A DNA stretch of 64,000 nucleotides from Oligoflexales bacterium (lineage in GTDB: Bacteria > Bdellovibrionota_B > Oligoflexia > Oligoflexales > JAPPIL01): assembly GCA_965215515.1 (NCBI GenBank), contig OZ244057.1, positions 576,001 to 640,000 of the forward strand, in the 5' to 3' direction. Below the pieces are notes generated by a model. That model ran no database searches and had not been told where the DNA came from. It worked only from the letters and a program-made list of their open reading frames with translations. This document shows positions 20,603 to 29,458 of the stretch, one piece after another. The translations under genes were made by a program, and so were the position numbers. Positions within the stretch are counted from its first letter, which is position 1. Each line of letters begins with the position of its first letter.

Positions 20603-22438
20603 TTATGTAATAAGAACCTCAACTGGTATCTGTTCCTGAATCACCTTTGGAACTATCGCTAGGCCGATCTGAGAGCATTTTTCGTATATCCAGTTACTGT
20701 TGCCGCTAGATGTAACTAATATAGATCGGGCATGTAATTTCATTTGTTCGACAAAATCAATGCCCGTTAATTCAGAGTCTCCTAACTCGTTGTCTATCAA
20801 CAGGACGTAGTCCTCATCATTTTTCTCTAATTTCAGAATGATCTTTCTAGCTGACTTTAAATCCTTTGCATACACAGTTTTGATGTTGTTTTTCTCAAGA
20901 TCGAATCCAGCAAATCTTTTTTGCCAAACCTTATAGACAAGTGGATCGTCATCAACCACTACAACAGTCATATTCGCTGCGAATGCTAAGCTTGCTGGGT
21001 AGAGAATGTTTTCCTCTGCTTGTGGAATTAAAATCTCAATTGTTACTCCCTTGTCTTCTGGTGACTTGATATCGAGTGTGCCACCCCATTTGCTAACATC
21101 TTCGATGGCAGAAGAAAGGCCAACCCCTGTGCCATCCTTCTTGCCAATGGTTACACCTCTCTTACCCACCTTTTTCAGGTTCTCTGTGGCTATGCCTTTG
21201 CCATTATCGGAGATGACAATAGAAACCATACCACCGTCTGTGCTAACACGTGTCTTCACAAACCCTGCTGAGTCAATAGCCTCAATAGAGTTCTTATACA
21301 GATTGATGAGATCACGCTTGAATTTGTTCGGCTCTACCTCACAGTAGGAAGCAAAGCCATCGCCATCACAGCTAATATCAAATTTAATATCCTTACCTTC
21401 ACACAACTTCGACAGTTTGATCTCTCCGACGATTTGATAAATTAGAGCACTAACATGACAAGATCGCAGAATATCCTTAGGCTGATCTACTGAAACCTTA
21501 CTCATAGCTGCCAATCGCATTTCGTCTTCCGTCAAACTGCCAATCTTCGGTATATCAGTAACTGTGTTGCTGATTCTTTCAAAAACGGATTTTATGATTC
21601 CAACTTGAGCATCTTTTTGATCTAAACGATCTACAGCTGACTCTCCAATTACAAGAGAAGCGATAACGTCATGCCTTACTCTTGTTGCTACTTTGGCTAC
21701 TTGTGCTTTAGAAATTGCTCTTCTCGCAATAGCTTCGTTGCTCTTGCTCCTCTTGATGTACTTAAGGAGAATGGTGTTAAATTTGAAAATCTCTGAAAAC
21801 CTATTCAGTCCGTGATTAGACTCCAGAAACTTTTCCTTATTCGCATTCTTATCCAGCTCTTCAGAGTAATCATGAAGGGGAGTAGAGACACTTCTAGCTA
21901 GCCTCAGTATGTGTAAATATAGGTAAAGAGAAATTAAGGAAAATAGGATGCAAATTAAAGTGGCGAACCCCAAAATAGTCAGCACAGGAATTTGATAACC
22001 GACGTGAAGTATGCCTACTTCGGTATCGTGATAATAAATAGGCTCTGAAACCAAAACATGCGGCATCCCATTGTTCCAGTAATAGCTCTTGTTATTTATT
22101 TTTGCTAACTCTGTGGGATTCAGTCTCCTGTGATCAGAGATATAAACCTTTCCGCTGGGTAAAGTTATCCAAACATTCTTAAAGTTTCCCGACTTAACCA
22201 GTGTCTTTACAACTTGCGTAGGTAAAAAATCTCCGCCTAAAGCTACTGGCTGGCTTAAGCTTTTGCTGACAACTCCCAACGTCTGCAAGAGCTGACTGTG
22301 GTAGTAATAAGCACCAAATAGTAAGCCAACAAGGAAAGTGCTGACTGCACCAACGATAAATATCTTCAGCGATAACGCCTTTGCTTTTTTCTTAGCAAAG
22401 GCAATTATAGATTGAGGTTCATTAGGCTGATTTTGCAT
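20603..22438 (-). CDS. Membrane sensor histidine kinase with C-terminal receiver domain (hybrid)
   Basis: Two TM helices, H-box VRHDV, N-box NLYKNSIEA, DNGKG, GTGVGL, receiver VVVDDD...LIDNEL. Confidence 0.88.
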   Translation of the reverse strand: MQNQPNEPQSIIAFAKKKAKALSLKIFIVGAVSTFLVGLLFGAYYYHSQLLQTLGVVSKSLSQPVALGGDFLPTQVVKTLVKSGNFKNVWITLPSGKVYISDHRRLNPTELAKINNKSYYWNNGMPHVLVSEPIYYHDTEVGILHVGYQIPVLTILGFATLICILFSLISLYLYLHILRLARSVSTPLHDYSEELDKNANKEKFLESNHGLNRFSEIFKFNTILLKYIKRSKSNEAIARRAISKAQVAKVATRVRHDVIASLVIGESAVDRLDQKDAQVGIIKSVFERISNTVTDIPKIGSLTEDEMRLAAMSKVSVDQPKDILRSCHVSALIYQIVGEIKLSKLCEGKDIKFDISCDGDGFASYCEVEPNKFKRDLINLYKNSIEAIDSAGFVKTRVSTDGGMVSIVISDNGKGIATENLKKVGKRGVTIGKKDGTGVGLSSAIEDVSKWGGTLDIKSPEDKGVTIEILIPQAEENILYPASLAFAANMTVVVVDDDPLVYKVWQKRFAGFDLEKNNIKTVYAKDLKSARKIILKLEKNDEDYVLLIDNELGDSELTGIDFVEQMKLHARSILVTSSGNSNWIYEKCSQIGLAIVPKVIQEQIPVEVLIT

Positions 22439-23246
22439 AAGACCTCAAGTCTTCATAGAGAATCTGACCTAGTTCAGTAAAAGTCACACCGTCGTAAGTA
22501 TTGAGTGATTTTATGAAATCATCTCTCAATGAGTTCAATACCTGATTGTAATACTTTTGCTCTTTCTTATCAGGGGTAACTTGGGTCAGGAATCTAACCA
22601 TAAAAGCCAAAGCAACCGTCGCATGGAAAGCTTGAATTGCTGGTCTATATGTTTTTCTAACGTAAGAAAAAACAGGAATGTCTAGTCCCTGTGCAATTAT
22701 TGGGTCAGCTGTCTGATAGATGTAAAGGCATTGATGTCCTAGCTCATGAGCAATGTTAATGGCAAGCTCTAGTTTCTTATTCGGCACACTCAGAAAAACG
22801 CTACCTTTAGCTAGGTGTGTGCTAAAGCCGATGCCAGCACTGCGACTCTTCAGCTTGCTGATATTTATCGGTACAATATGCTTTACCACTTCGTCAAACA
22901 ACACCGAAACATCTTGATTGCTACTTCCCTGAACCAAATATACCGCGGTCTTGAGTGTTTCAAGCTCTTGAGAAGAGATATTGCCCAACGAAAGATTTTT
23001 ATCGTCTTTACCATAGAGGTATAGCTGCTCAAGTTTTTCAGAGATATTTTTGTCTAGCAAGATACGATCGTCTATCTCAAAGAGTGTGCTCAAGTCATGC
23101 AAATGCTCTAGGTTACTCATCCAAGGGGAATAGACTTTGTAGTTGGTACCTAGGACAGAGTTAACCAGCCTCACGGTCTTTACCTTGAAAGTACAGCTCA
23201 ACTCTTGAATCTTGGCCAATCCATATTTTCCAAAAAACCACTCCAT
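22422..23246 (-). CDS. HExxH-family peptide-modifying enzyme (alphaKG-HExxH beta-hydroxylase-like)
   Basis: GFSTHLAKGSVFL, IAHELGHQ (HExxH) and SYVRKTYRPAIQAFHA, matching the downstream SxxR...RP...H motif of RiPP-associated HExxH proteins. Confidence 0.72.
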   Translation of the reverse strand: MEWFFGKYGLAKIQELSCTFKVKTVRLVNSVLGTNYKVYSPWMSNLEHLHDLSTLFEIDDRILLDKNISEKLEQLYLYGKDDKNLSLGNISSQELETLKTAVYLVQGSSNQDVSVLFDEVVKHIVPINISKLKSRSAGIGFSTHLAKGSVFLSVPNKKLELAINIAHELGHQCLYIYQTADPIIAQGLDIPVFSYVRKTYRPAIQAFHATVALAFMVRFLTQVTPDKKEQKYYNQVLNSLRDDFIKSLNTYDGVTFTELGQILYEDLRSYAKSA

Positions 23247-23254
23247 TCACACCT

Positions 23255-24765
23255 CTAGTGTAGAACCGTGCGTTCTAAAAAGAAGGTGATGCCACCGTCT
23301 TGAACACCAACACTCTTAACCCGTTTTGAATTAACAGATACTAGCAATTTTTTTTCAAACAAAGGCACTAGCCATACATTGTCCTGTACGTATTGGGATA
23401 GTTTTTTTACAGCAGCTACCCTCTGCTCAAGTGTGTTTGAAAGTTGCGCTTTGTTAAACAAGTCCTCATACTCCTTATCGTGCAAGGGGAAGTGCGGCCG
23501 CTTAGGTGATTTTTCCCCTCTAAGCAAGCCAAATAAGATCAACGGATCAGCAACACCAGCACCGAGTGAAGTGAGACGAAACAGTGTATCTTTGTTGTCA
23601 GTTGGAAAGAACTTAACTGTTGACCGCACCAGTTTGATTTTTAAACCAACCAACGCAAGTTGTTTCACCAGTTCTCGAATATAACCTCCGTATTTTTCAT
23701 CATCCAAACTTCCGTAAAAACTGGGATCTCATACTGTTTAGTTAAGTCAAGGTTAGGCACGCTTTTTAGCAATTTTTTAGCTGCTTCTGTGTCTCTAACT
23801 ATCTTTACCTCTGTGCGCCCCCAAAAGTGCTGGGCTAGAAATTCGTGAGCTGGGGTATATGTCTCAACACCTTCAGCAATTTTATCTCTGTCGATGGCGA
23901 TGTTTATCGCTTTTCTAAACCTTATGTCGGCTGCTATTGGGTTGTTGAAATTGAAGTTAATACTGGTGAGACCAGCAGCACGCTTTGATATCACCATATC
24001 CATATCTTTCCTAGGAACTGTCATTTCAATATCAGCATTACGCAACTCGCTTCCGTAGTACAGCGCAATTTCTTTTGCTGAAGTCACATCACCTACCTTC
24101 TCCAAAATGAGAGTTTTTGCATCTCGATTGTGAGCTTTGACTTTGTAGTTGCCAGCTCCGATCGGCACATCCTTCCAAGCCTCGTAGTCATCTGTGAAAG
24201 CTTCGATAGGAACGATAGAAAAATACGGACTAGCTAAGGAATGTAGAAATAAAGGGTTAGGTTTTCTCAGTTTTACGCTCAGAGTTCTATCATCAATAAT
24301 TTCTATACCGCTTACCTTCCCACTAACAAATTTTGTACTCCCTTCTACAGCTTCAGTCCCCTCTATTTCATTAAGGAAAGGAACAAAAAATGATCTGCGG
24401 TTAGAGTAAAAGCCACGAAGAATAGAAAACTCTAAGTCCTTTGCAGTAACTTTACGACCGTTATGAAACTCAAGTCCTTTCCTTATTCTCAAGATGTATG
24501 CTTCTTTTTCGTAATCCCAGTTGAAGGATTCCAGCAATCCTGGTTTCAGATCGTAAGAGTTCGATGTATAAACAAGCTGCCCTAGTACCGGAACGACAGT
24601 TGCTCTTAAAACATCGACTGGTACATCTTTGACAAAAGGAACTTGTCCTCCTGAGTCTAACTGAACACGAAGCACATCTTGTTTCGATGCTGTTGCTGAC
24701 TTGCTTTCAGATGTTGATACTACTGTCATGATAATTCCCCAAGTTGTTAGCATAAAATAGAGCAT
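23255..24765 (-). CDS. ABC family-5 (peptide) solute-binding protein, split by a 1-nt frameshift near 23716-23720
   Basis: LKPGLLES, FHNGRKVTAKDLEFS, PIGAGNY, RFRKAINIAIDR, VWLVPLF. Adding one T to a T5 run joins ORFs 23665-24765 and 23255-23707. Confidence 0.8.
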
Positions 24766-24766
24766 A

Positions 24767-24973
24767 TCACCTTACATCATGTTCATGTCGAGAGTGAACA
24801 ATCAGGTCTTCTCTCAATATTGGCGTTGTTCTTTCTTTCAGCTTCTCCAAAATTTTTTTGCTTGCCATAATGGGAGGAGCAGTATCTGTAACTACAGGAT
24901 CAATAGCCCAGCCTTCATTTGTCTGAGAGAACCCCAGTGCTGCCGCCAACATCAGTAGTGTTTTCCTGAACAT
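24767..24973 (-). CDS. Secreted 68-aa peptide, putative signal/RiPP precursor
   Basis: Strong RBS (GAGGAGG); signal-peptide-like MFRKTLLMLAAALGFSQTNEGWA; His-rich C-terminus VHSRHEHDVR; packed tightly in the operon. Confidence 0.7.
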   Translation of the reverse strand: MFRKTLLMLAAALGFSQTNEGWAIDPVVTDTAPPIMASKKILEKLKERTTPILREDLIVHSRHEHDVR

Positions 24974-24988
24974 GATACCTCCTCTTAA

Positions 24989-26395
24989 TCAAACACCTCG
25001 ATTAGAAACTAAGCCAAGGCTTTTGCGTTTATGTATGTAAGTCGTATATGGTAAATCTATCAAGCGAGCCGCTTCTACACGTTTTCCATCGGCAAGCATC
25101 ATAGCCTTTTCGAGGTAGTCACGTTCCAAACGATTTCGTATCTTTTCGACGAACTCCTTATAGGTAGGAAAATCTTCTGGCCTTTCGATTTTTTTGAGTG
25201 ATAATCTGCTGTCATTGTTTTCAAACAAGCTTGAGAATGAAAAGCAATCAATAACGTTACCAGCTAGGGCGTAGGCTTTGCGTATCTCACTACTCAATTC
25301 CCTGACGTTTCCAGACCATGCACGGGTCTTTAAGATTTCTATCGCGTCATCAGTGATACGTTTTTGTGAACCGGTTTCTAAATTCTTTTTTTCGACGATA
25401 AATCTGGCAATTGGCTCGATGTCTTCTTTTCTCTCTGCTAGGGATGGCACATGTATGTGAAATATATTTAGCCGATAGTACAAATCTTCACGAAAATTGC
25501 CCTTCCTCACCTCGTCGAATAAGCTTTTGTTGGTGGCAGCAATAGCTCGAACATCAATCTTTGTTGATGTATTACTCCCGACTGGGACAACTTCTTGCTC
25601 CTGCAACACTCGGAGCAACTTAACTTGCATGTCGAGAGGCATTTCTCCGATTTCGTCTAAAAATATCGTTCCAGAGTCAGCAGCAACAAATTTCCCCGTT
25701 TTGTTTCTGTATGCTCCTGAAAAAGAACCTTTGGTGTGCCCGAACAACTCACTTTCAACAAGTTCTTTAGGAATAGCTCCACAGTTTATAGCGATGAAGT
25801 TGTTAGATTTTCTTTGCGAGTTGTTGTGAATTGAACGAGCTACCTGTTCTTTACCTACACCTGATTGGCCAGTAATAAGGACATTTTCACTGGCTTTAGC
25901 GTATTTATATACCTCTGTGGCAACGTTTGCTAAAGCGGAGGAATAGCCACGCAGGTTTAATACTTTTTGAATCCACCTATCGTTGGCCTCTTGCTCTTCA
26001 TTAGAGAGCTTGCCATATTTTATTCTCAATGACGCTATTTCAGAGATAAGCAGGATAACCTCTTTGCTCTTCTGCTTCAGGTAGGTGTGATCAGCTCCAG
26101 CTGAAGTACACAAGACCGATTCCTCGTGAGATAAGCACGCCGAGAGGATGACCGTATGCATCATGGGATCAATCCTCTTGATCGCTCTCACTACTTCGTC
26201 GCCTTTGGTAGGCATATCGAAGTCCACTATTGCCATCCGAAACGGCGTATCGTCTGCCTTAGCCTGTTCAATGGCGCGCAGAGCCTGTTCTGGATCGGTG
26301 AAGGTCGCTAAAGGAATCTGTCTTTCGCTGAAGAGTGTCCTAGTAGCCGTTAGGAACATCTCATCATCGTCGATAGCTATGACCCTTGGATTCAT
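24989..26395 (-). CDS. Sigma54-dependent response regulator (NtrC-like: receiver, AAA+, HTH)
   Basis: AIDDD/VDFDMP receiver, GQSGVGKE, ELFGHTKGSFSGA, FLDEIGEM, FREDLYYRL, WSGNVREL; ATG at 26395 with GGAGG RBS. Confidence 0.92.
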   Translation of the reverse strand: MNPRVIAIDDDEMFLTATRTLFSERQIPLATFTDPEQALRAIEQAKADDTPFRMAIVDFDMPTKGDEVVRAIKRIDPMMHTVILSACLSHEESVLCTSAGADHTYLKQKSKEVILLISEIASLRIKYGKLSNEEQEANDRWIQKVLNLRGYSSALANVATEVYKYAKASENVLITGQSGVGKEQVARSIHNNSQRKSNNFIAINCGAIPKELVESELFGHTKGSFSGAYRNKTGKFVAADSGTIFLDEIGEMPLDMQVKLLRVLQEQEVVPVGSNTSTKIDVRAIAATNKSLFDEVRKGNFREDLYYRLNIFHIHVPSLAERKEDIEPIARFIVEKKNLETGSQKRITDDAIEILKTRAWSGNVRELSSEIRKAYALAGNVIDCFSFSSLFENNDSRLSLKKIERPEDFPTYKEFVEKIRNRLERDYLEKAMMLADGKRVEAARLIDLPYTTYIHKRKSLGLVSNRGV

Positions 26396-26447
26396 GGTTT
26401 CCTCCGTGCTCAAGTAAACATTTTCGTCCGCAAAAGGCAGAGTGTAG

Positions 26448-26462
26448 GCAAAGTTCGTGCCA
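26448..26462 (-). promoter_or_regulatory. Sigma54 -24/-12 promoter of the signalling operon
   Basis: Minus strand TGGCACGAACTTTGC is a consensus match about 50 bp upstream of the regulator ATG. Confidence 0.8.
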
Positions 26463-26524
26463 AAACATATAACATCCTTAAATCACAGATTTTTTATGCG
26501 GAAGGGGAAACAGCAGTCAAATCT

Positions 26525-26540
26525 CTACAAGATGTTGTAG
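26525..26540. promoter_or_regulatory. Candidate enhancer (UAS) palindrome CTAC-N8-GTAG
   Basis: ctacaagatgttgtag; related sites at 26714-26729, 30963-30978 and 30987-31002. Confidence 0.55.
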
Positions 26541-26818
26541 CCCTCCAAGCTCAACTCCTCTAAGCAGGTCAACAAGCTATCCAGATAACTGGAAAAAGAG
26601 CGTATGCGATCGATCTGGTTATGGCTACAACTTTTTTTGTGGTTTATGGCAAAATCAGATTTAATTACTGATAAATTATTAAAACTAGGGGACTTATTTC
26701 TGAAAGTTGATTGCAACAAAAAGTTGTAGCTGCTGGGTTGAGGGGGGACTACCAGTCATGGCTGTTCTCCTCTTCCGAGGAGCTTGCGGTGCGAATGACG
26801 TGGATGATGGGCTTGTAG

Positions 26819-26866
26819 CGCAATATGTAACGCAGTATGTAACGCAATATGTAATTGAGCATGTAA
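26819..26866. repeat. 12-bp tandem repeat (three copies plus one degenerate)
   Basis: cgcaatatgtaa cgcagtatgtaa cgcaatatgtaa ttgagcatgtaa. Confidence 0.85.
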
Positions 26867-26890
26867 TGAATTTTTTCCCCATTGAAATCA

Positions 26891-26938
26891 TTGACAAAAA
26901 TTAAATTCTCCTGCATAATATTCATGTAGTGCATGAGT
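26891..26938 (+). promoter_or_regulatory. Sigma70 promoter plus palindromic operator of abiEi-abiEii
   Basis: TTGACA-N17-CATAAT followed by ttcatg-tagtg-catgag. Confidence 0.65.
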
Positions 26939-26950
26939 TTTGTGCGTTAA

Positions 26951-27529
26951 ATGAGGAACGAGAAGTATTCGTTACTATACCAGATTGCCCTTGAGCAGCA
27001 GGGGCTGTTTACCGCCAAGCAAGCTAAACAGGCAGGCTTTGATGGGCGCAATCACCCATACTATGTGGCGAGAGGCGATTGGGAAAAAGAACACCGCGGG
27101 ATATATCGTTTGTGTCACTTTCCCAACGAGCCATCATCGGAATATACCCTCTGGTCTCTGTGGTCATGCAACCGGGATGGTGAGCCTCAGGGTGTCTACT
27201 CTTATGAAACGGCACTCAGTATTTATGACCTCACAGATCTAAATCCTGCTAAGATAACGATGACAGTACCGCTTGGCTTTCGCCGCAACGCACAGATACC
27301 CGGTATCCTTATTCTCCGCAGGGGAAAGCTTACATCAGCTGATTGGCAGGCGATAGAGGGTTACAGAGTTACCACCCCTGTTAGGACTTTGTATGATGTT
27401 ATTTTTTCCGACCATATACCTGAGGAGTTCATCTATCAGGCGGTAAGAGAGGGCTTCGCAAACGGACTATATCCCAAACGCAAGTTGCAAGAATACGGAA
27501 TACTCGACAAGGTAAAAAAATACCGATGA
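26951..27529 (+). CDS. abiEi: Type IV TA antitoxin, AbiEi family
   Basis: IALEQQGLFTAKQA, RGIYRL, SYETALSIYDL, RVTTPVRTLYD. Confidence 0.85.
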   Translation: MRNEKYSLLYQIALEQQGLFTAKQAKQAGFDGRNHPYYVARGDWEKEHRGIYRLCHFPNEPSSEYTLWSLWSCNRDGEPQGVYSYETALSIYDLTDLNPAKITMTVPLGFRRNAQIPGILILRRGKLTSADWQAIEGYRVTTPVRTLYDVIFSDHIPEEFIYQAVREGFANGLYPKRKLQEYGILDKVKKYR

Positions 27530-28386
27530 AATATAAATCGGCAACTGCCCTTCGACATGCAATACAGCACCGCCTGAGTTTAATCTCAGAAGGTAGGGAA
27601 GAGAGCGTGCAACGTCTGCGTCGGCATCTTGCCTTTGAGCGTTTGTTGGCAAGAGTCTTCAAGCAACCATCATCACCTTGGGTTCTGAAGGGTGGTTATG
27701 CTATGGAGCTGCGGCTACAAAGCTCTAGGACAACTAGAGACGTTGATCTCGCTGTATCGGAGGAGCGTCTGCTCACTTCAGGACACGAGCAGGTAGCAAA
27801 AGCTGTGCATACTAGGCTAATGGAATCACTAGCTGAAGATTTGGGTGATTTTTTCTCGTTCAAATTAAAGGAAAAGTACACTAAATTGTTTGCACCGCCT
27901 AGTGGTGGTGTCCGACTCTATGTTGATGCGATACTAGATAACAAACTGTTCTCCAGATTTCATATAGATGTTGGAGTTGGTGATGCCGAGATAATGCCTT
28001 TAGAAAACCTGACTAGTAGAAATCTGTTGGCCTTTGCCGGCATCGACTGCCCGCCGTTCCCATCTATTCCACGTGAACAGCATTTCGCTGAAAAAGTGCA
28101 TGCCTACACAACGCTGTATAATGGTCAAATGAGTTCACGCGTCAAGGATTTGATCGACATGGTGCTACTCATCCAAGGCGGCAAGATGGACAAAGTGAAA
28201 TTAGCAAAGGTGCTACCTCAAACTTTCAGCGTACACAAGAAGCATGCATTGCCACAAAAACTGCCAACACCACCTGCAAAATGGGCAACGAAGTTCGCCA
28301 CTCTTGCAGCAGAATGCCATTTGGAGTTGAGTCTTGAAGATGCCTTTGATCTCGTTAGCAGATACTACGATGAGTTGTCTACCTGA
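27526..28386 (+). CDS. abiEii: Type IV TA toxin, AbiEii nucleotidyltransferase
   Basis: WVLKGGYAMELR, RTTRDVD, AEKVHA, SSRVKDLID; ATGA overlap with the antitoxin gene. Confidence 0.88.
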   Translation: MKYKSATALRHAIQHRLSLISEGREESVQRLRRHLAFERLLARVFKQPSSPWVLKGGYAMELRLQSSRTTRDVDLAVSEERLLTSGHEQVAKAVHTRLMESLAEDLGDFFSFKLKEKYTKLFAPPSGGVRLYVDAILDNKLFSRFHIDVGVGDAEIMPLENLTSRNLLAFAGIDCPPFPSIPREQHFAEKVHAYTTLYNGQMSSRVKDLIDMVLLIQGGKMDKVKLAKVLPQTFSVHKKHALPQKLPTPPAKWATKFATLAAECHLELSLEDAFDLVSRYYDELST

Positions 28387-28416
28387 TCTATCTACTAGAT
28401 AGGATCAGTCGCATTC

Positions 28417-28592
28417 GTATAATATTCATGTAGTGTATGAATTTTGTGCATACAAGGCGGAACCATAGGTACTCGTTGTGTGCCAGATTGCCCTAGAGTA
28501 ACAGGGTCTATCTACTGCCAAGCGTGCTAATCAGGCAAGATTTGGTGGGTACAATCATCCATGCTATCTAGCGATGGGGCAATATGAAAAAA
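28417..28592 (+). pseudogene. Degenerate duplicate of the abiEi promoter, operator and 5' end
   Basis: Aligns by eye with about 26913-27088 (ataatattcatgtagtg...ccagattgccct...gccaagc); start codon lost, in-frame stop. Confidence 0.75.
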
Positions 28593-28704
28593 TCTGCTCC
28601 AACTGTTGACCCAGCTGGAACCGTGCTTACACTCCAAATGTGATGACCAACAAGCAACACATATTATGCTGTCGGCGGGTTGATAGTTGAACTGACGAGG
28701 AGTA

Positions 28705-29445
28705 TTGACAATGGACACAGAATCGAGCACGCATAGCAATGGGCAGGTGGTACCTGTCTTGGATGAAACGACGTTTGAGACGGTTTCAGCAACTATCCTG
28801 CAGGTAGTGGGTAACACTGTCCCTTTAGTAGGTGCAGTTTCTGGGCTATTTCTGCAGGAAATTTCTGGAAGGCGACTAAAACGATTCAAACTTTATATTG
28901 AGGTACTAAACAACAAGTATGAAAATTTGGAAAAGCTCTGTCACTCTCACGATACGAGACTAAATCTAGTAGAGGAAGGGGTTTACCACGCGACTAGAGC
29001 CTACTCAGAGGAGAGGATAAAGCACATTGCCTCTATCATCGCTAATGGCATCTCTGGCAAGGGAAAAGAGGAAACTGAAGCAAGTCGAATGCTGAAAATT
29101 TTGGCAGAGCTGGAGGACGAGCAGATTATCGTGCTGGCTTACTACTTGGATAAGAACAGGGATAACGAGGAGTTTTACAATACTCACGCCAATGTGTTGG
29201 AACAAAAGATTGACTTCATCGGTGGTGGTATTGAGCGATCAGACGAGGCTACAATGCAGGAAACAGCCAAGCTACAACTTGTTCGCCTCGGACTGTTGCA
29301 GCATATTTTCAAAAAGCCACGCGAAGGCGAAATTCCTGATTTCGACCCGAAAACTGGCATGATTAAAGCATCGGGTTACATGCTGACTTGGCAAGGCAGC
29401 ATGTTTTTGCGCTACCTCGGTCTTGCTGAACCAGGGGAACTTTGA
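28705..29445 (+). CDS. Hypothetical protein (Abi-alpha/DUF4393-like architecture)
   Basis: VPLVGAVSGLF amphipathic N-terminus, ILAELEDEQIIVL and a C-terminal wHTH-like LVRLGLL...LTWQGSMFL. Confidence 0.5.
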   Translation: MTMDTESSTHSNGQVVPVLDETTFETVSATILQVVGNTVPLVGAVSGLFLQEISGRRLKRFKLYIEVLNNKYENLEKLCHSHDTRLNLVEEGVYHATRAYSEERIKHIASIIANGISGKGKEETEASRMLKILAELEDEQIIVLAYYLDKNRDNEEFYNTHANVLEQKIDFIGGGIERSDEATMQETAKLQLVRLGLLQHIFKKPREGEIPDFDPKTGMIKASGYMLTWQGSMFLRYLGLAEPGEL

Positions 29446-29458
29446 GGGTTATGTACAC

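Noticed and set aside
26525..26934. Small ORFs between the regulator and abiEi
   Set aside because: They overlap promoter, palindrome and 12-bp repeat elements; their repetitive translations derive from the DNA repeat.
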